A stretch of DNA of 64,000 bases from an uncultured bacterium (lineage in GTDB: Bacteria > Krumholzibacteriota > Krumholzibacteriia > Krumholzibacteriales > WJIX01): contig CAZKNG010000002.1 of NCBI GenBank assembly GCA_964554125.1, forward strand, positions 3,785 through 67,784, written 5' to 3'. The first letter of the stretch is position 1; each line of letters begins with the position of its first letter. The notes below the pieces were generated by a model. That model searched no databases and had not been told where the DNA came from. It was given only the letters and a program-made list of their open reading frames with translations. Of the stretch, positions 19,351 through 28,788 are shown in pieces. The position numbers and the translations under genes are program-made.

Positions 19351-21645
19351 ATGTCAAAAAAAGTGAAGATAGCAATAATTGGAGGAGGAGAAAAGCAGCT
19401 TTCAGTCCTCAGTCAATTCCATGAACTGTCGGAATTTAATATACTGGGTGTTTATGATACCAACAAAAAGGCTTTAGCGCTTGAAATAGCCGAGATTATT
19501 GGTATCGATACTTATTCGGACAGTTCATTTGCTGATAAATTCACCGACGCCGATTATATCGTAGCAGACAAGAATAATACCGGATTCAGGGAAGAAATAG
19601 AGCTGTTGACGGCGCAAGGCGCCCAAGTTATTGATCTGCTGGATGCGCATAATATTAAGGAAAATAATACTATAACAGGATCATCTGAACCACATTCTAG
19701 TTACAGTAGATTTGAGAGTGCCCTGAAACAACTCAGCAGGCTTTCTGACAGAGATAAACTTCTGGAATGGATTCTGGGTATAGCTGTCGAGAGACTCGAT
19801 GCTTCTTCAGGCTCCATAATGCTTTACTCTGAGAATACTGAAGAACTTTATATTGGTTATGCAAAAGGACTCAGCAGTGAAGTGATCGAAAATACAAGAC
19901 AGAAACTCGGAGAAGGTATTGCCGGAAAAGCTGCATCATTGAGAAAGGTTATTCTAACTACAGATATCGCAAAAGGTGTTCGCGGTGTACTTGCTAAGAG
20001 GGAAAGAAACAAGATACAGACTGCAGTTACAGCCCCAATCATCTATCGGGGTAATCTGATCGGAGTCCTGAATATATCCACAGACAGAGATGAACGGGAA
20101 CTTACAGAAAGTGATCGGGATACAGCTGAAATCATATCAAAGGAAATTGCACCTGTGCTTTATAAGCATATGGAAATTGATACAGTGAAATATAATAAGA
20201 CTGAAAAGGAGATTCAGAATTTCATCGGGCATCTGATCAGAAAAGAATGTGAGTTTCATGAAAAGTTTTCTCTTTTGAGCAAATTTATATCAAAGAGGTT
20301 TGATGCTGCTACAGTAGCGATATATACGGCAACTGACGAGGGCGATTGGCTTATTTTAGGAGGAAGTGACAACCAAATTCAGCAAGAAGGATATTCTTCG
20401 AGGATACACTGCAGCAGCGGCAGTCTGGGGAAAGCATACCTGAATTCTAAAGAGGTGATAATAACAGAAGATGCCGGTCTATCGAACACTGAAGACAGGA
20501 GAAACAGGGAAAAGGTTTCCTTTTTATACCTTCCGCTTGTAAACAATGATACAGTAGGAGTTCTTGTAATTGAATTTTCAAAGTTGGATCCATTCGAACA
20601 ATTTATGAAGCACAAGGAAAACCTTTGTTTCCAACTCGGGTTCTTTATTAATTCTCAACTCAAAGATCTCCGCCACAAACGTAACATGGAGAGACTTGAA
20701 AAGTTGTCAGATTTGACTCCTGAACTTATAGTATCGGGTAATATTGAAGACAGTATTGATAAGCTGTCTTCTTTTCTTTCTAAACTTGTAAGTGCCTCAA
20801 TGGGAAGCTTACATTATTTTAAAAAGGGAAAGGAGAAAAGCGCATTTTTTAATTTTCCTTCCGACGAGCAATATTTCAGACGTCTTAAAAATTATGATTC
20901 GGAAATCACCAGAAGGACTATTGAAAGGTCAACTCCTGAGTGCACAAGCTACTTGACGACGGAAATAAATACCCTTGAATCTCCCCCCTTCTATTATTCT
21001 ACAATTTCATACCCTGTAATTTCCAACGATAAGGAAAAGCTTATATACATTGGCTATAACAAGGAAACCATTTCACCCCTTGATTCCTCTATTTTCGGAA
21101 AGGGTGATATCAAGTTGCTGAGCAGAGGGGGGGAGATTCTCAAATCAATTTACTCTTTCACAACTAAAGGCAAGGGAATAATAGAAGAAAGAGCAAAACC
21201 GGAAAGCCTTGAAGAATTACTGAAGTTTAATCAATCACTTTTTATAAGTAAGGTTACAGGAGAAATAGAGAGAGCGGAAAGATACCACCAGACTTTTACG
21301 GTTACTGTCTTTAAAATAACCGGCCTGAAGGAATTACTTCGGAAAGAACAGAGTAGGGGATTGATTCATATAAACCATATGAGCTCTAAATTAAAGAAAA
21401 TCATAAGAAAAACAGATTTCTTTTCGTGGATCGAACCAGATATCTTCGCTATCCTGTCTCTGGAAAGTTACGGAAGGATAACAAAACTTGAAAGGCGAAT
21501 CAGAAGCTGTATTGACGATTACCTTAAAGAAAAAGACCTTTTTGACCCGGAGCTCTTTCACTCTAAAAGTTCATTCGCCCGTTTCCCCGGCAAATCGGAA
21601 ACGGCGCCCGTTCTTATTATGGAAGCTAAAAACGGACTGGAATAG
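19351..21645 (+). CDS. Multidomain signalling protein: N-terminal Rossmann-like domain, two GAF domains, C-terminal degenerate GGDEF-like domain
   Basis: KIAIIGGGE N-terminus; GAF-like segments (..GEGIAGKAAS.., ..GSLGKAYLN..); C-terminus aligns to GGDEF fold (RYHQTFTVTVFKITGLKEL...SWIEPDIFAILS) with the GGDEF motif replaced by IEPDIF. Confidence 0.55.
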   Translation: MSKKVKIAIIGGGEKQLSVLSQFHELSEFNILGVYDTNKKALALEIAEIIGIDTYSDSSFADKFTDADYIVADKNNTGFREEIELLTAQGAQVIDLLDAHNIKENNTITGSSEPHSSYSRFESALKQLSRLSDRDKLLEWILGIAVERLDASSGSIMLYSENTEELYIGYAKGLSSEVIENTRQKLGEGIAGKAASLRKVILTTDIAKGVRGVLAKRERNKIQTAVTAPIIYRGNLIGVLNISTDRDERELTESDRDTAEIISKEIAPVLYKHMEIDTVKYNKTEKEIQNFIGHLIRKECEFHEKFSLLSKFISKRFDAATVAIYTATDEGDWLILGGSDNQIQQEGYSSRIHCSSGSLGKAYLNSKEVIITEDAGLSNTEDRRNREKVSFLYLPLVNNDTVGVLVIEFSKLDPFEQFMKHKENLCFQLGFFINSQLKDLRHKRNMERLEKLSDLTPELIVSGNIEDSIDKLSSFLSKLVSASMGSLHYFKKGKEKSAFFNFPSDEQYFRRLKNYDSEITRRTIERSTPECTSYLTTEINTLESPPFYYSTISYPVISNDKEKLIYIGYNKETISPLDSSIFGKGDIKLLSRGGEILKSIYSFTTKGKGIIEERAKPESLEELLKFNQSLFISKVTGEIERAERYHQTFTVTVFKITGLKELLRKEQSRGLIHINHMSSKLKKIIRKTDFFSWIEPDIFAILSLESYGRITKLERRIRSCIDDYLKEKDLFDPELFHSKSSFARFPGKSETAPVLIMEAKNGLE

Positions 21646-21747
21646 CTTTCATTACCAACAATAAAAACTTTATTGATTGCAATGTTATTATTAATTTAGT
21701 ACGATATTGAAAACGTTCTGTACTTCTTAAATTCTAAAGGAGAGGGT

Positions 21748-23412
21748 ATGATTAAAGACCACCCGAAAGGATTGTTTGTAGCCTTCTTCGCCAATATGGG
21801 CGAGCGTTTCGGTTACTACACAATGCTTTCAATCTTTGTTTTCTATCTTCAGGCAACATTCAAGTGGGATGCTCATACAGCAGGCCTCGTCTATGGGGCT
21901 TTCCTTTTTGGCATCTATTTCCTTCCGCTTTTCGGCGGCATTGTTGCTGACCAATGGCTTGGATACGGTAAAACGATAGTTATCGGCACTGTTGTTTTAT
22001 TTGCCGGATACGCACTTCTTGCTATTCCGGACAAAGGTGTAATTCTCCTTGCTATAGCCCTGTTTGTAATAGCGGCGGGTACCGGTTTATTTAAAGGTAA
22101 CCTGCAGGCTCTTGTCGGGAACATGTACGACCATCCCAAATATGAACATGTACGCGATTACGCCTTTAATATTTTCTACATGGGCATTAATATCGGTGCC
22201 TTCTTCGCCCCATCGGCTGCCACCGCGGCAATTAACTGGATACTGGGAAAAGACGGCTTTACTTATAACCAGAAAGTTGTGGATCTGGGAAACAAATATT
22301 TAGGTGGGCATCTTCAAAATACAACCGAGCTTATGAATCTTGCTAAAACTCAATTAGGCAGTGTCCCCGCTGATCTGGGGATATTCTGTAAAAACTATTT
22401 AGACAGTGTAAGTACAGCTTATAACGGCGCATTCGCTGTGGCTGCCGTCAGCATGATCATTTCACTGGTCATCTTTGTGTTTTTTAAAAAACACTATAAA
22501 ACCGCCGATATGACCGAGAAACAGAAAGCGGCAAGTGAGGATCATAAAGACGAGGTCATAGAACTTTCACCAAAACAGACAAGAGATCGCCTATTTGCTC
22601 TTTACTTTGTTTTCTTCGTTGTAATGTTCTTCTGGATGACCTTTCACCAGAATGGATTCACACTCAGTATTTTCGCGAGGGATTACACGGCCAGCAAAGT
22701 AAGCGATTTAACCTATACATTCTTCAGTCTGAAATCTTTTCTTCCTGTTATAGTCACGTTGATAGGGCTTGTATTTCTCTTGAGGAAAGCAAGCAAACAG
22801 AAAGAGAAGATTGCCGGCGGTATTTTGTTCTTAGTAGGAATCATTGTTAGCTACTGGGTTATAAGCGGTTATGATGATTCTATGGATATAAGCCCTCAGA
22901 TGTTCCAGCATTTCAATCCGATCTTTATAGTATTTCTGACTCCAGTGGTAATTGGTTTCTTCTCTTATCTTCAGAAGAAAGGCAAGGAACCCAGTACACC
23001 AAGGAAGATCGGTATCGGTATGATTATTACCGGTATTTCTTTCGGACTTATGATGATAGCTTCTATAGGCTTGAAATCACCTCACGAGCTTGCGGGCGGA
23101 GTTTCAGATGTTACAAGAAGCCCATACTGGCTCATAGGAACATACTTTTCAGTAACGATTGCTGAACTCTGTCTCTCTCCAATGGGTATCTCCTTCGTTT
23201 CGAAGGTATCACCTCCGAAGTATAAGGGAACTATGCAGGGAGGCTGGCTTGCCGCAACAGCAGTTGGGAACCTGCTCGCGGGTCTTGTTGGTTACTTCTG
23301 GGATCTGTGGGAATTGTGGCAGTTCTTCCTTCTTCTTATCGGCATGTGTTTACTTTCCGCGATTCTGATATTTTCAGTAATGAAAAAACTGGAAAAAGCA
23401 TCAAAATCGTAA
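21748..23412 (+). CDS. Proton-dependent oligopeptide transporter (POT/PTR2 family, DtpT-like)
   Basis: PTR2 signature GERFGYYTMLSIFVFY (ExxERFxYYG), 14 TM, 554 aa; AAGGAGAGGG SD. Confidence 0.85.
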   Translation: MIKDHPKGLFVAFFANMGERFGYYTMLSIFVFYLQATFKWDAHTAGLVYGAFLFGIYFLPLFGGIVADQWLGYGKTIVIGTVVLFAGYALLAIPDKGVILLAIALFVIAAGTGLFKGNLQALVGNMYDHPKYEHVRDYAFNIFYMGINIGAFFAPSAATAAINWILGKDGFTYNQKVVDLGNKYLGGHLQNTTELMNLAKTQLGSVPADLGIFCKNYLDSVSTAYNGAFAVAAVSMIISLVIFVFFKKHYKTADMTEKQKAASEDHKDEVIELSPKQTRDRLFALYFVFFVVMFFWMTFHQNGFTLSIFARDYTASKVSDLTYTFFSLKSFLPVIVTLIGLVFLLRKASKQKEKIAGGILFLVGIIVSYWVISGYDDSMDISPQMFQHFNPIFIVFLTPVVIGFFSYLQKKGKEPSTPRKIGIGMIITGISFGLMMIASIGLKSPHELAGGVSDVTRSPYWLIGTYFSVTIAELCLSPMGISFVSKVSPPKYKGTMQGGWLAATAVGNLLAGLVGYFWDLWELWQFFLLLIGMCLLSAILIFSVMKKLEKASKS

Positions 23413-23426
23413 GATTGTAAGAATTA

Positions 23427-23462
23427 AGAGCCGGGGTTTGTGAGATTTACCCCGGCTCTTTC
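23427..23462 (+). terminator. Terminator-like hairpin after POT transporter gene
   Basis: AAGAGCCGGGG-loop-CCCCGGCTCTT 10-11 bp GC-rich stem followed by TCTGCATTT (weak U-tract). Confidence 0.45.
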
Positions 23463-23713
23463 TGCATTTAAGGTTATTACCCCTCCAGGAAGGTATTATA
23501 TTTTTAAAATCTATTTGAAATACCAAATATAGATTTGCATTTCTTGTATATTTTGCGCTAGGATTAAGATAACTTTGGTCATTCTCGCGGTCAAATTATG
23601 CGTAATTTTATCATCTATTATAATAATTTTGTTTATTTAAAATAAAAAGTAATTTTAATAATAGCTGAAATATTATTTAAATATGAGCGTTTCCTGTGAT
23701 ATTATAAGAATAT

Positions 23714-25279
23714 ATGAAACACAAAATAATTATAATTACTGCTGTGATACTCGGTTTACTATTTCAATATCGGCATTTATCCGCCGACGGTTCATCCAAT
23801 GATAAAGAAAAAGCGGTTGAACTGTCCCCTGAAGAACTGACAGATATTGTTAAATACCATAAAAACAGTGTTAATTACGGGCCATTTATGATTTCGAGAG
23901 GGGACACTCTAGATGGAACATTAATAATCATTGACGGTTCTCTTGATATACAGAGCGGGGGATTACTTGACGGAGACGCGTGGATAATTAATGGAAGGCT
24001 GGTTCTCACGGGGAATGCCAGGGTTACTGGAAGGATAAAGCTTGTTAACAGCGATTATTTTGAATCAAGACGCGCGGAAATAGAAGGGGGAGTTTATTAT
24101 TACAAATGCGCGTGTCGCCTGGACAGCAGGCAATTTGAAGAGAATAAAGAAATTCTGTTTATTAAGAAAGAGGACCCGCATGCTTTGAAAACAAAATATT
24201 CTTTAAAGCCGGGATATCCCTGCCGCGTTGATTACAATATTCTAAGAGCAGGGTTCGAACGGCATAACAACAAACACAAAGATCCCTATACATCATGGTA
24301 CGCGCGTTTACTGGTTCCTATATGGAAAGAAACAGGAGGTTTCCTTGGCTTCAACGCGCAAATAAAAATCCCCTTTTTCTCTGAGAAGCTTAATTTCGTA
24401 GCACGCGCCTTTAAGAAAACTGCTACAAATGACAAATGGCAATTATCACGTCTTGAGAACGGCGCTATAGTAGAAATCTGTGGTGATGATTTCGCGGATT
24501 ATTACGAGAAAAGGGGGGGAGAAATAGGAGTTATCTACGATTCTGGAAATACTCTTACGGTAGAATCAGTGTTATTATTTGAAAATGATATCTCATTGAA
24601 AGCCAGATCAATACCGTCGATATTTAGAGGGGATGATAAATTCAGAGAAAACCCGGCTATTGATGATGGGAAAAGGGTTTCTCTGAGAATAGATCTTAAT
24701 TTTGATAACCGTGATGAATCAGGATGGAAATATGGCGGCTGGAAACTCGGTTTTCTTTTTGAGAAAGGTATAGCAGATGGTCCCGGGGACTTTTCCTATT
24801 CCGCTTTTAAAATGATTACGAACCGTTACAATGAAATTAAAGGGGGGTTCAAATTTGATGTGGGATTTAAACTGTTTTCATCCTTTGATGAGATTCCCCA
24901 ACAGTTAACCCATTCAATTAACGGATATGGAGGGATAAGGGGAGTCGAAGACTATCCCTTTACGGTTCATAGAGGAGACAGGCTGGCGCTTCTATCCGGA
25001 GAGCTGAGAAGGGATCTACCCAAACTGCCCTTTCTTGATATTTTGTTCACCAGAGCCGAACTTCTCCTTTTCTCAGATATAGGGATTCTGGCCGATTCTA
25101 ATAATAAAGGTTCACCGCTTGGTTTCCTTAGTAAATCGTTTGAAGAATGGAGAAAAAGTGCCGGAGTAGGAATCTCAGGAAAATCCTTCTTGCCCTATAT
25201 TGGCATTTATATAGCAGAGGATATTGAAAGTAAAAACTTTACGCCCCGTATAATTGTTAGAGCTCAAAGATCGTTTTAG
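23714..25279 (+). CDS. Secreted protein: N-terminal bactofilin/DUF2807-like beta-helix segment + C-terminal putative outer-membrane beta-barrel
   Basis: Signal peptide MKHKIIIITAVILGLLF; GDTLDGTLIIIDGSLDIQSGGLLDGDAWIINGRLVLTGNARVTGRIKLV beta-helical repeat; amphipathic strand-rich C-terminus ending ...IIVRAQRSF (terminal Phe). Confidence 0.4.
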   Translation: MKHKIIIITAVILGLLFQYRHLSADGSSNDKEKAVELSPEELTDIVKYHKNSVNYGPFMISRGDTLDGTLIIIDGSLDIQSGGLLDGDAWIINGRLVLTGNARVTGRIKLVNSDYFESRRAEIEGGVYYYKCACRLDSRQFEENKEILFIKKEDPHALKTKYSLKPGYPCRVDYNILRAGFERHNNKHKDPYTSWYARLLVPIWKETGGFLGFNAQIKIPFFSEKLNFVARAFKKTATNDKWQLSRLENGAIVEICGDDFADYYEKRGGEIGVIYDSGNTLTVESVLLFENDISLKARSIPSIFRGDDKFRENPAIDDGKRVSLRIDLNFDNRDESGWKYGGWKLGFLFEKGIADGPGDFSYSAFKMITNRYNEIKGGFKFDVGFKLFSSFDEIPQQLTHSINGYGGIRGVEDYPFTVHRGDRLALLSGELRRDLPKLPFLDILFTRAELLLFSDIGILADSNNKGSPLGFLSKSFEEWRKSAGVGISGKSFLPYIGIYIAEDIESKNFTPRIIVRAQRSF

Positions 25280-25289
25280 GAATTATATT

Positions 25290-26219
25290 ATGACGACCGG
25301 AAAAGCACCTGTACTTAATATTGAGAATCTCAGTAAAGATTACGCTAAAACCAGAGCATTAAGCAATATAAATATGGTTCTCGATTCTCCAGGTGTTTAT
25401 GGTTTTTTAGGTCCTAACGGGGCGGGTAAAACGACGACCTTTAAATTGATCTGCGCTCTTTTGAAACCATCACAAGGGCGAATACTCATTGGCGGCAAAG
25501 ATGTTCAAAAGGATAAAAAGTCAGCTTTGTCAAGGGTTGGAGTTCAGTTCGATTCTCCAGCATTTTATCCATATCTTACCGGTTCGGAAAACTTGAAATT
25601 AATTACAAAATGGTCGAGAACCACAGAATCTACAGATATTGAAAAGCTCCTGACCTTCGCCGGATTGAGAGAGGCGGAGTCTAAAAAAGTAAAAGAATAC
25701 TCATGGGGCATGAAACAACGCCTGGGGTTAGTTTCAGCACTTACAGGGAGTCCGAAGCTGGTTCTCCTTGACGAACCCACAAATGGTCTTGACCCCGCCG
25801 GTATTGCGCATGTACGCGAGTTTTTACCAAGACTTGCTCACGAAGAGGGGAGAACCCTGTTTCTTGCTTCACACCGGCTGGAAGAGGTAGAGCAGGTCTG
25901 CGACAAAATTATAATCATTAATAAAGGGGTTATAGTTGCTTCGGGCAAACCGTCAGAGCTTTCACGCGGGAAGGTAATCGAGTTAGTTTTAGATGATACT
26001 TATTTGGCAATCAAGTTACTTAAGAAACACACTGAAGTAAATGTCATAACTACATTGTCTGATAACAAAATACAGCTTATTGAACCCGGCCCTGAAATCG
26101 AAGAAATTAACGCGATTTTAAGTAAGCATTCAATTGTTGTAAAGGAGATCAACCAGAAAAGAGAATCGCTCGAGAGTGTATTCCTCAGACTAACTAAGGG
26201 GGGTACGGATGAATCGTAA
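25290..26219 (+). CDS. ABC transporter ATP-binding protein (ABC-2 exporter type); start at MTTGKAP (AGGAA SD)
   Basis: Walker A GPNGAGKTT, signature YSWGMKQRLGL, Walker B LVLLDEPTNGLD, H-loop; the track ORF from 25254 overlaps the upstream gene. Confidence 0.85.
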   Translation: MTTGKAPVLNIENLSKDYAKTRALSNINMVLDSPGVYGFLGPNGAGKTTTFKLICALLKPSQGRILIGGKDVQKDKKSALSRVGVQFDSPAFYPYLTGSENLKLITKWSRTTESTDIEKLLTFAGLREAESKKVKEYSWGMKQRLGLVSALTGSPKLVLLDEPTNGLDPAGIAHVREFLPRLAHEEGRTLFLASHRLEEVEQVCDKIIIINKGVIVASGKPSELSRGKVIELVLDDTYLAIKLLKKHTEVNVITTLSDNKIQLIEPGPEIEEINAILSKHSIVVKEINQKRESLESVFLRLTKGGTDES

Positions 26220-27018
26220 CTTTTCTACAATTATTTCCACTGAAATTTACAAACTCAGAAGGAACAAAATGAGATTTGTAGTCCCGGCTGCATTTTTTCT
26301 TCTTACCATCTTCCTTTTTATAGGTTTGAGCGCGGCGGCAGTAAGGAGTTATTTCGGCCTTCCTAACGGTTTCTATTTAACATCTGCCGGTTTGAGCTGG
26401 TTAATAAATATAATCGTTCTCTTTCTCGTTATTATTACTTCGTTTCAGATTTCTAATGAATTCGCAATGGGTACGGTTAAATCGGTATGGGTAAGCCCCG
26501 TTTCAAGAAGAGCCTGGCTTTCGGGTAAAATTATTTATCTATGCCTGATTGCCGCTTTACTTCTTTTTTGTTCTACAATTCTTTTATTATTACTTTCTTG
26601 GATTAAATTCGGCTTAACAGATCTGGCTGAGAAGAATTACGTTATTCATTCTGCCTCCAGTCTTGGCTTGAGACTCATTCTTGTTCTATCACTAACGCTG
26701 ATTACTTTGTTCGCGGTTGTTTGTTTTGCCTCCGCTATTTCAACTCTATTCTACCGACCGGGTTCGTCAATTGCAATGCTGCTTTCAATTGGTTTTCTTA
26801 TGATGGTTATTGAGATCTTACCCGTACTTAAAGGATTTTTATTGATCACTTATATTTCATCCCCATTAGAACAGATGACAGCAATGGCCAAAGGACTGCC
26901 TCTCCCTTTTTCCTGGTCAGAGCTTATAATGCAGACTCTGATTGTATCAGGTGTGTATATGATCATTTCAATATCAGCGGGGCAATTATTGATAACAAAA
27001 AAGGAAATAAAATTTTGA
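26209..27018 (+). CDS. ABC-2 family transporter permease (6 TM)
   Basis: Six hydrophobic helices, ABC-2 topology, ATGA overlap with the ATPase gene. Confidence 0.7.
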   Translation: MNRNFSTIISTEIYKLRRNKMRFVVPAAFFLLTIFLFIGLSAAAVRSYFGLPNGFYLTSAGLSWLINIIVLFLVIITSFQISNEFAMGTVKSVWVSPVSRRAWLSGKIIYLCLIAALLLFCSTILLLLLSWIKFGLTDLAEKNYVIHSASSLGLRLILVLSLTLITLFAVVCFASAISTLFYRPGSSIAMLLSIGFLMMVIEILPVLKGFLLITYISSPLEQMTAMAKGLPLPFSWSELIMQTLIVSGVYMIISISAGQLLITKKEIKF

Positions 27019-27060
27019 AATTGTTTATATCTTAATAAGATTGGAGATTAAAGACCGGAA

Positions 27061-28608
27061 ATGACTAAACAAAGGGCCTTAATGAAAAAAGCAATAATAT
27101 TTATTTGTCTGGCAATTTTTATTTGTATAGCGACCTCGGAAAGTTCCTCGGCTGATGATAAAGAATACTTTCTGATATCAAAACTGGGAGTAGCTGATAA
27201 GCTGCAGGATATACATGTTGAAGACGTCGACCTTGACGGTTTGAAAGATATTCTGATAACACACAGAAAAGGATTATCCCCGAATGAATCAAGGTGGATA
27301 TCGATCTTTTACCAGAATCCGGATGACGGTTTTTCACCTGCTGCAGACCAATCCTGGGAAATTGACACTCTCGCCTCGATAATAGATACGGGGGATATTA
27401 TAGGTGATAAAAAGAAGGAGATAATCTATTCTACTGCTCACGAAATAAGATATTACTCAATTGAAGGCACTTTTTACAACAATACTCCGTCAGTCCTTTT
27501 TCCTGTAGAAGGCATGATGGTTTCACCGTCAAAGTCGTACCTTCCGCATGTAAACTTCGTCAGAGACTGGAACGAAGACGGCAGAGATGATATCGCTGTA
27601 TTTAAATTTGACGGCTTAACTATTTTTTCACGTGATTCTGCGGGTTCTTTTACATCCAGAAACAGAGTTAATGTGGAAATAGATAAACGGGTCCGGGAAT
27701 GGAATTCTTTTAAAGATGACACTTTCATAACTTCAGGACTTACTTCTTATTTCTCATTTCCTTCGATCAACCTGATTGATTACAACAATGACGGCAGACG
27801 TGACTTGATAGTAACAACCAAAGATAAACTCTCCGTTTTTCTGAGAACGAATGATGGCGGGTTTTCTACCAAGGTCCAGAAAGAAAGAAATTTTGATGTA
27901 CGTTCGAGAAAGGAAAAAATAGATGGCACAAGCAACGTGGAAACAACTATAAATGACCTCGACGGGGACGGATACGCTGATGCAATCGTAACTAAACAAA
28001 CCTCTAAGGGGCTTACGAATTTGCGAGGTGTTTTGAACATATTCCGCGGCAGCCCGGATGATTACAGTGATTCGCCCCAACAGGTTATAATTTCCGAAGG
28101 AACAGCATCAGCTGAAACCAGGATCAGCGATGTAAATGGTGACGGACGTATGGATCTTATAATGCCTTCCGTGAAGATAAGTATTACATCGATAATTCGC
28201 ATACTGCTTACAAGATCGTTACCTATAAATTTTAATATCTTTCTTTTGAATGAGGACGGATCTTTTTCAGAAAGACCTGATTTTTCAAAAGAAGTAAAAC
28301 TCAAAATCGATTTCTCCGGAGAAACCGATACACCCGCGATGAGTCTCGAGGGCGATTACGACGGTGATAAACGGAAAGACTTTGTTTATGCCACTGACGA
28401 GGATGAGCTTTCAATATACCGGGGGGTAGAGGATGAAGATAAATTATTCTCGGATGATTCTGCTGTAGAAATAAATGTTAATGCCTTTGGCAGGCTTTCA
28501 GTTTACGATCTGAATGACGATGATTACTCCGATATTATTATTCGCTACAACGTAAACACGGAATATGATGGAACTGCCACAGTACTTATAAACCTTGGCC
28601 GTATCTGA
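27061..28608 (+). CDS. Secreted FG-GAP/VCBS-repeat protein (predicted 7-bladed beta-propeller)
   Basis: Signal peptide; seven spaced D-x-[DN]-x-D-G-x-x-D repeats (DLDGLKDILI, DWNEDGRDDIAV, DYNNDGRRDLIV, DLDGDGYADAIV, DVNGDGRMDLIM, DYDGDKRKDFVY, DLNDDDYSDIII). Confidence 0.7.
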   Translation: MTKQRALMKKAIIFICLAIFICIATSESSSADDKEYFLISKLGVADKLQDIHVEDVDLDGLKDILITHRKGLSPNESRWISIFYQNPDDGFSPAADQSWEIDTLASIIDTGDIIGDKKKEIIYSTAHEIRYYSIEGTFYNNTPSVLFPVEGMMVSPSKSYLPHVNFVRDWNEDGRDDIAVFKFDGLTIFSRDSAGSFTSRNRVNVEIDKRVREWNSFKDDTFITSGLTSYFSFPSINLIDYNNDGRRDLIVTTKDKLSVFLRTNDGGFSTKVQKERNFDVRSRKEKIDGTSNVETTINDLDGDGYADAIVTKQTSKGLTNLRGVLNIFRGSPDDYSDSPQQVIISEGTASAETRISDVNGDGRMDLIMPSVKISITSIIRILLTRSLPINFNIFLLNEDGSFSERPDFSKEVKLKIDFSGETDTPAMSLEGDYDGDKRKDFVYATDEDELSIYRGVEDEDKLFSDDSAVEINVNAFGRLSVYDLNDDDYSDIIIRYNVNTEYDGTATVLINLGRI

Positions 28609-28689
28609 TAATTTAATAATTTACCTATACGCTACCTATAAACTATACGGAGAACTGTTATTGCAGAAGGGGTTTGAATCTTTTCCTGT

Positions 28690-28720
28690 TTGACAGGTTT
28701 TACGTTGCCCGCCTTATATA
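28690..28720 (+). promoter_or_regulatory. Sigma70-like promoter for mutL (TTGACA - 18 nt - TTATAT)
   Basis: ctgtTTGACAggttttacgttgcccgccTTATATAagg ~70 nt upstream of the mutL TTG start. Confidence 0.4.
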
Positions 28721-28788
28721 AGGTGTGTTATCTTAAAACACGCTTTTCGAGTCCTGTTAATAATTGAGTTGGGATCAAGAGGTATTTA

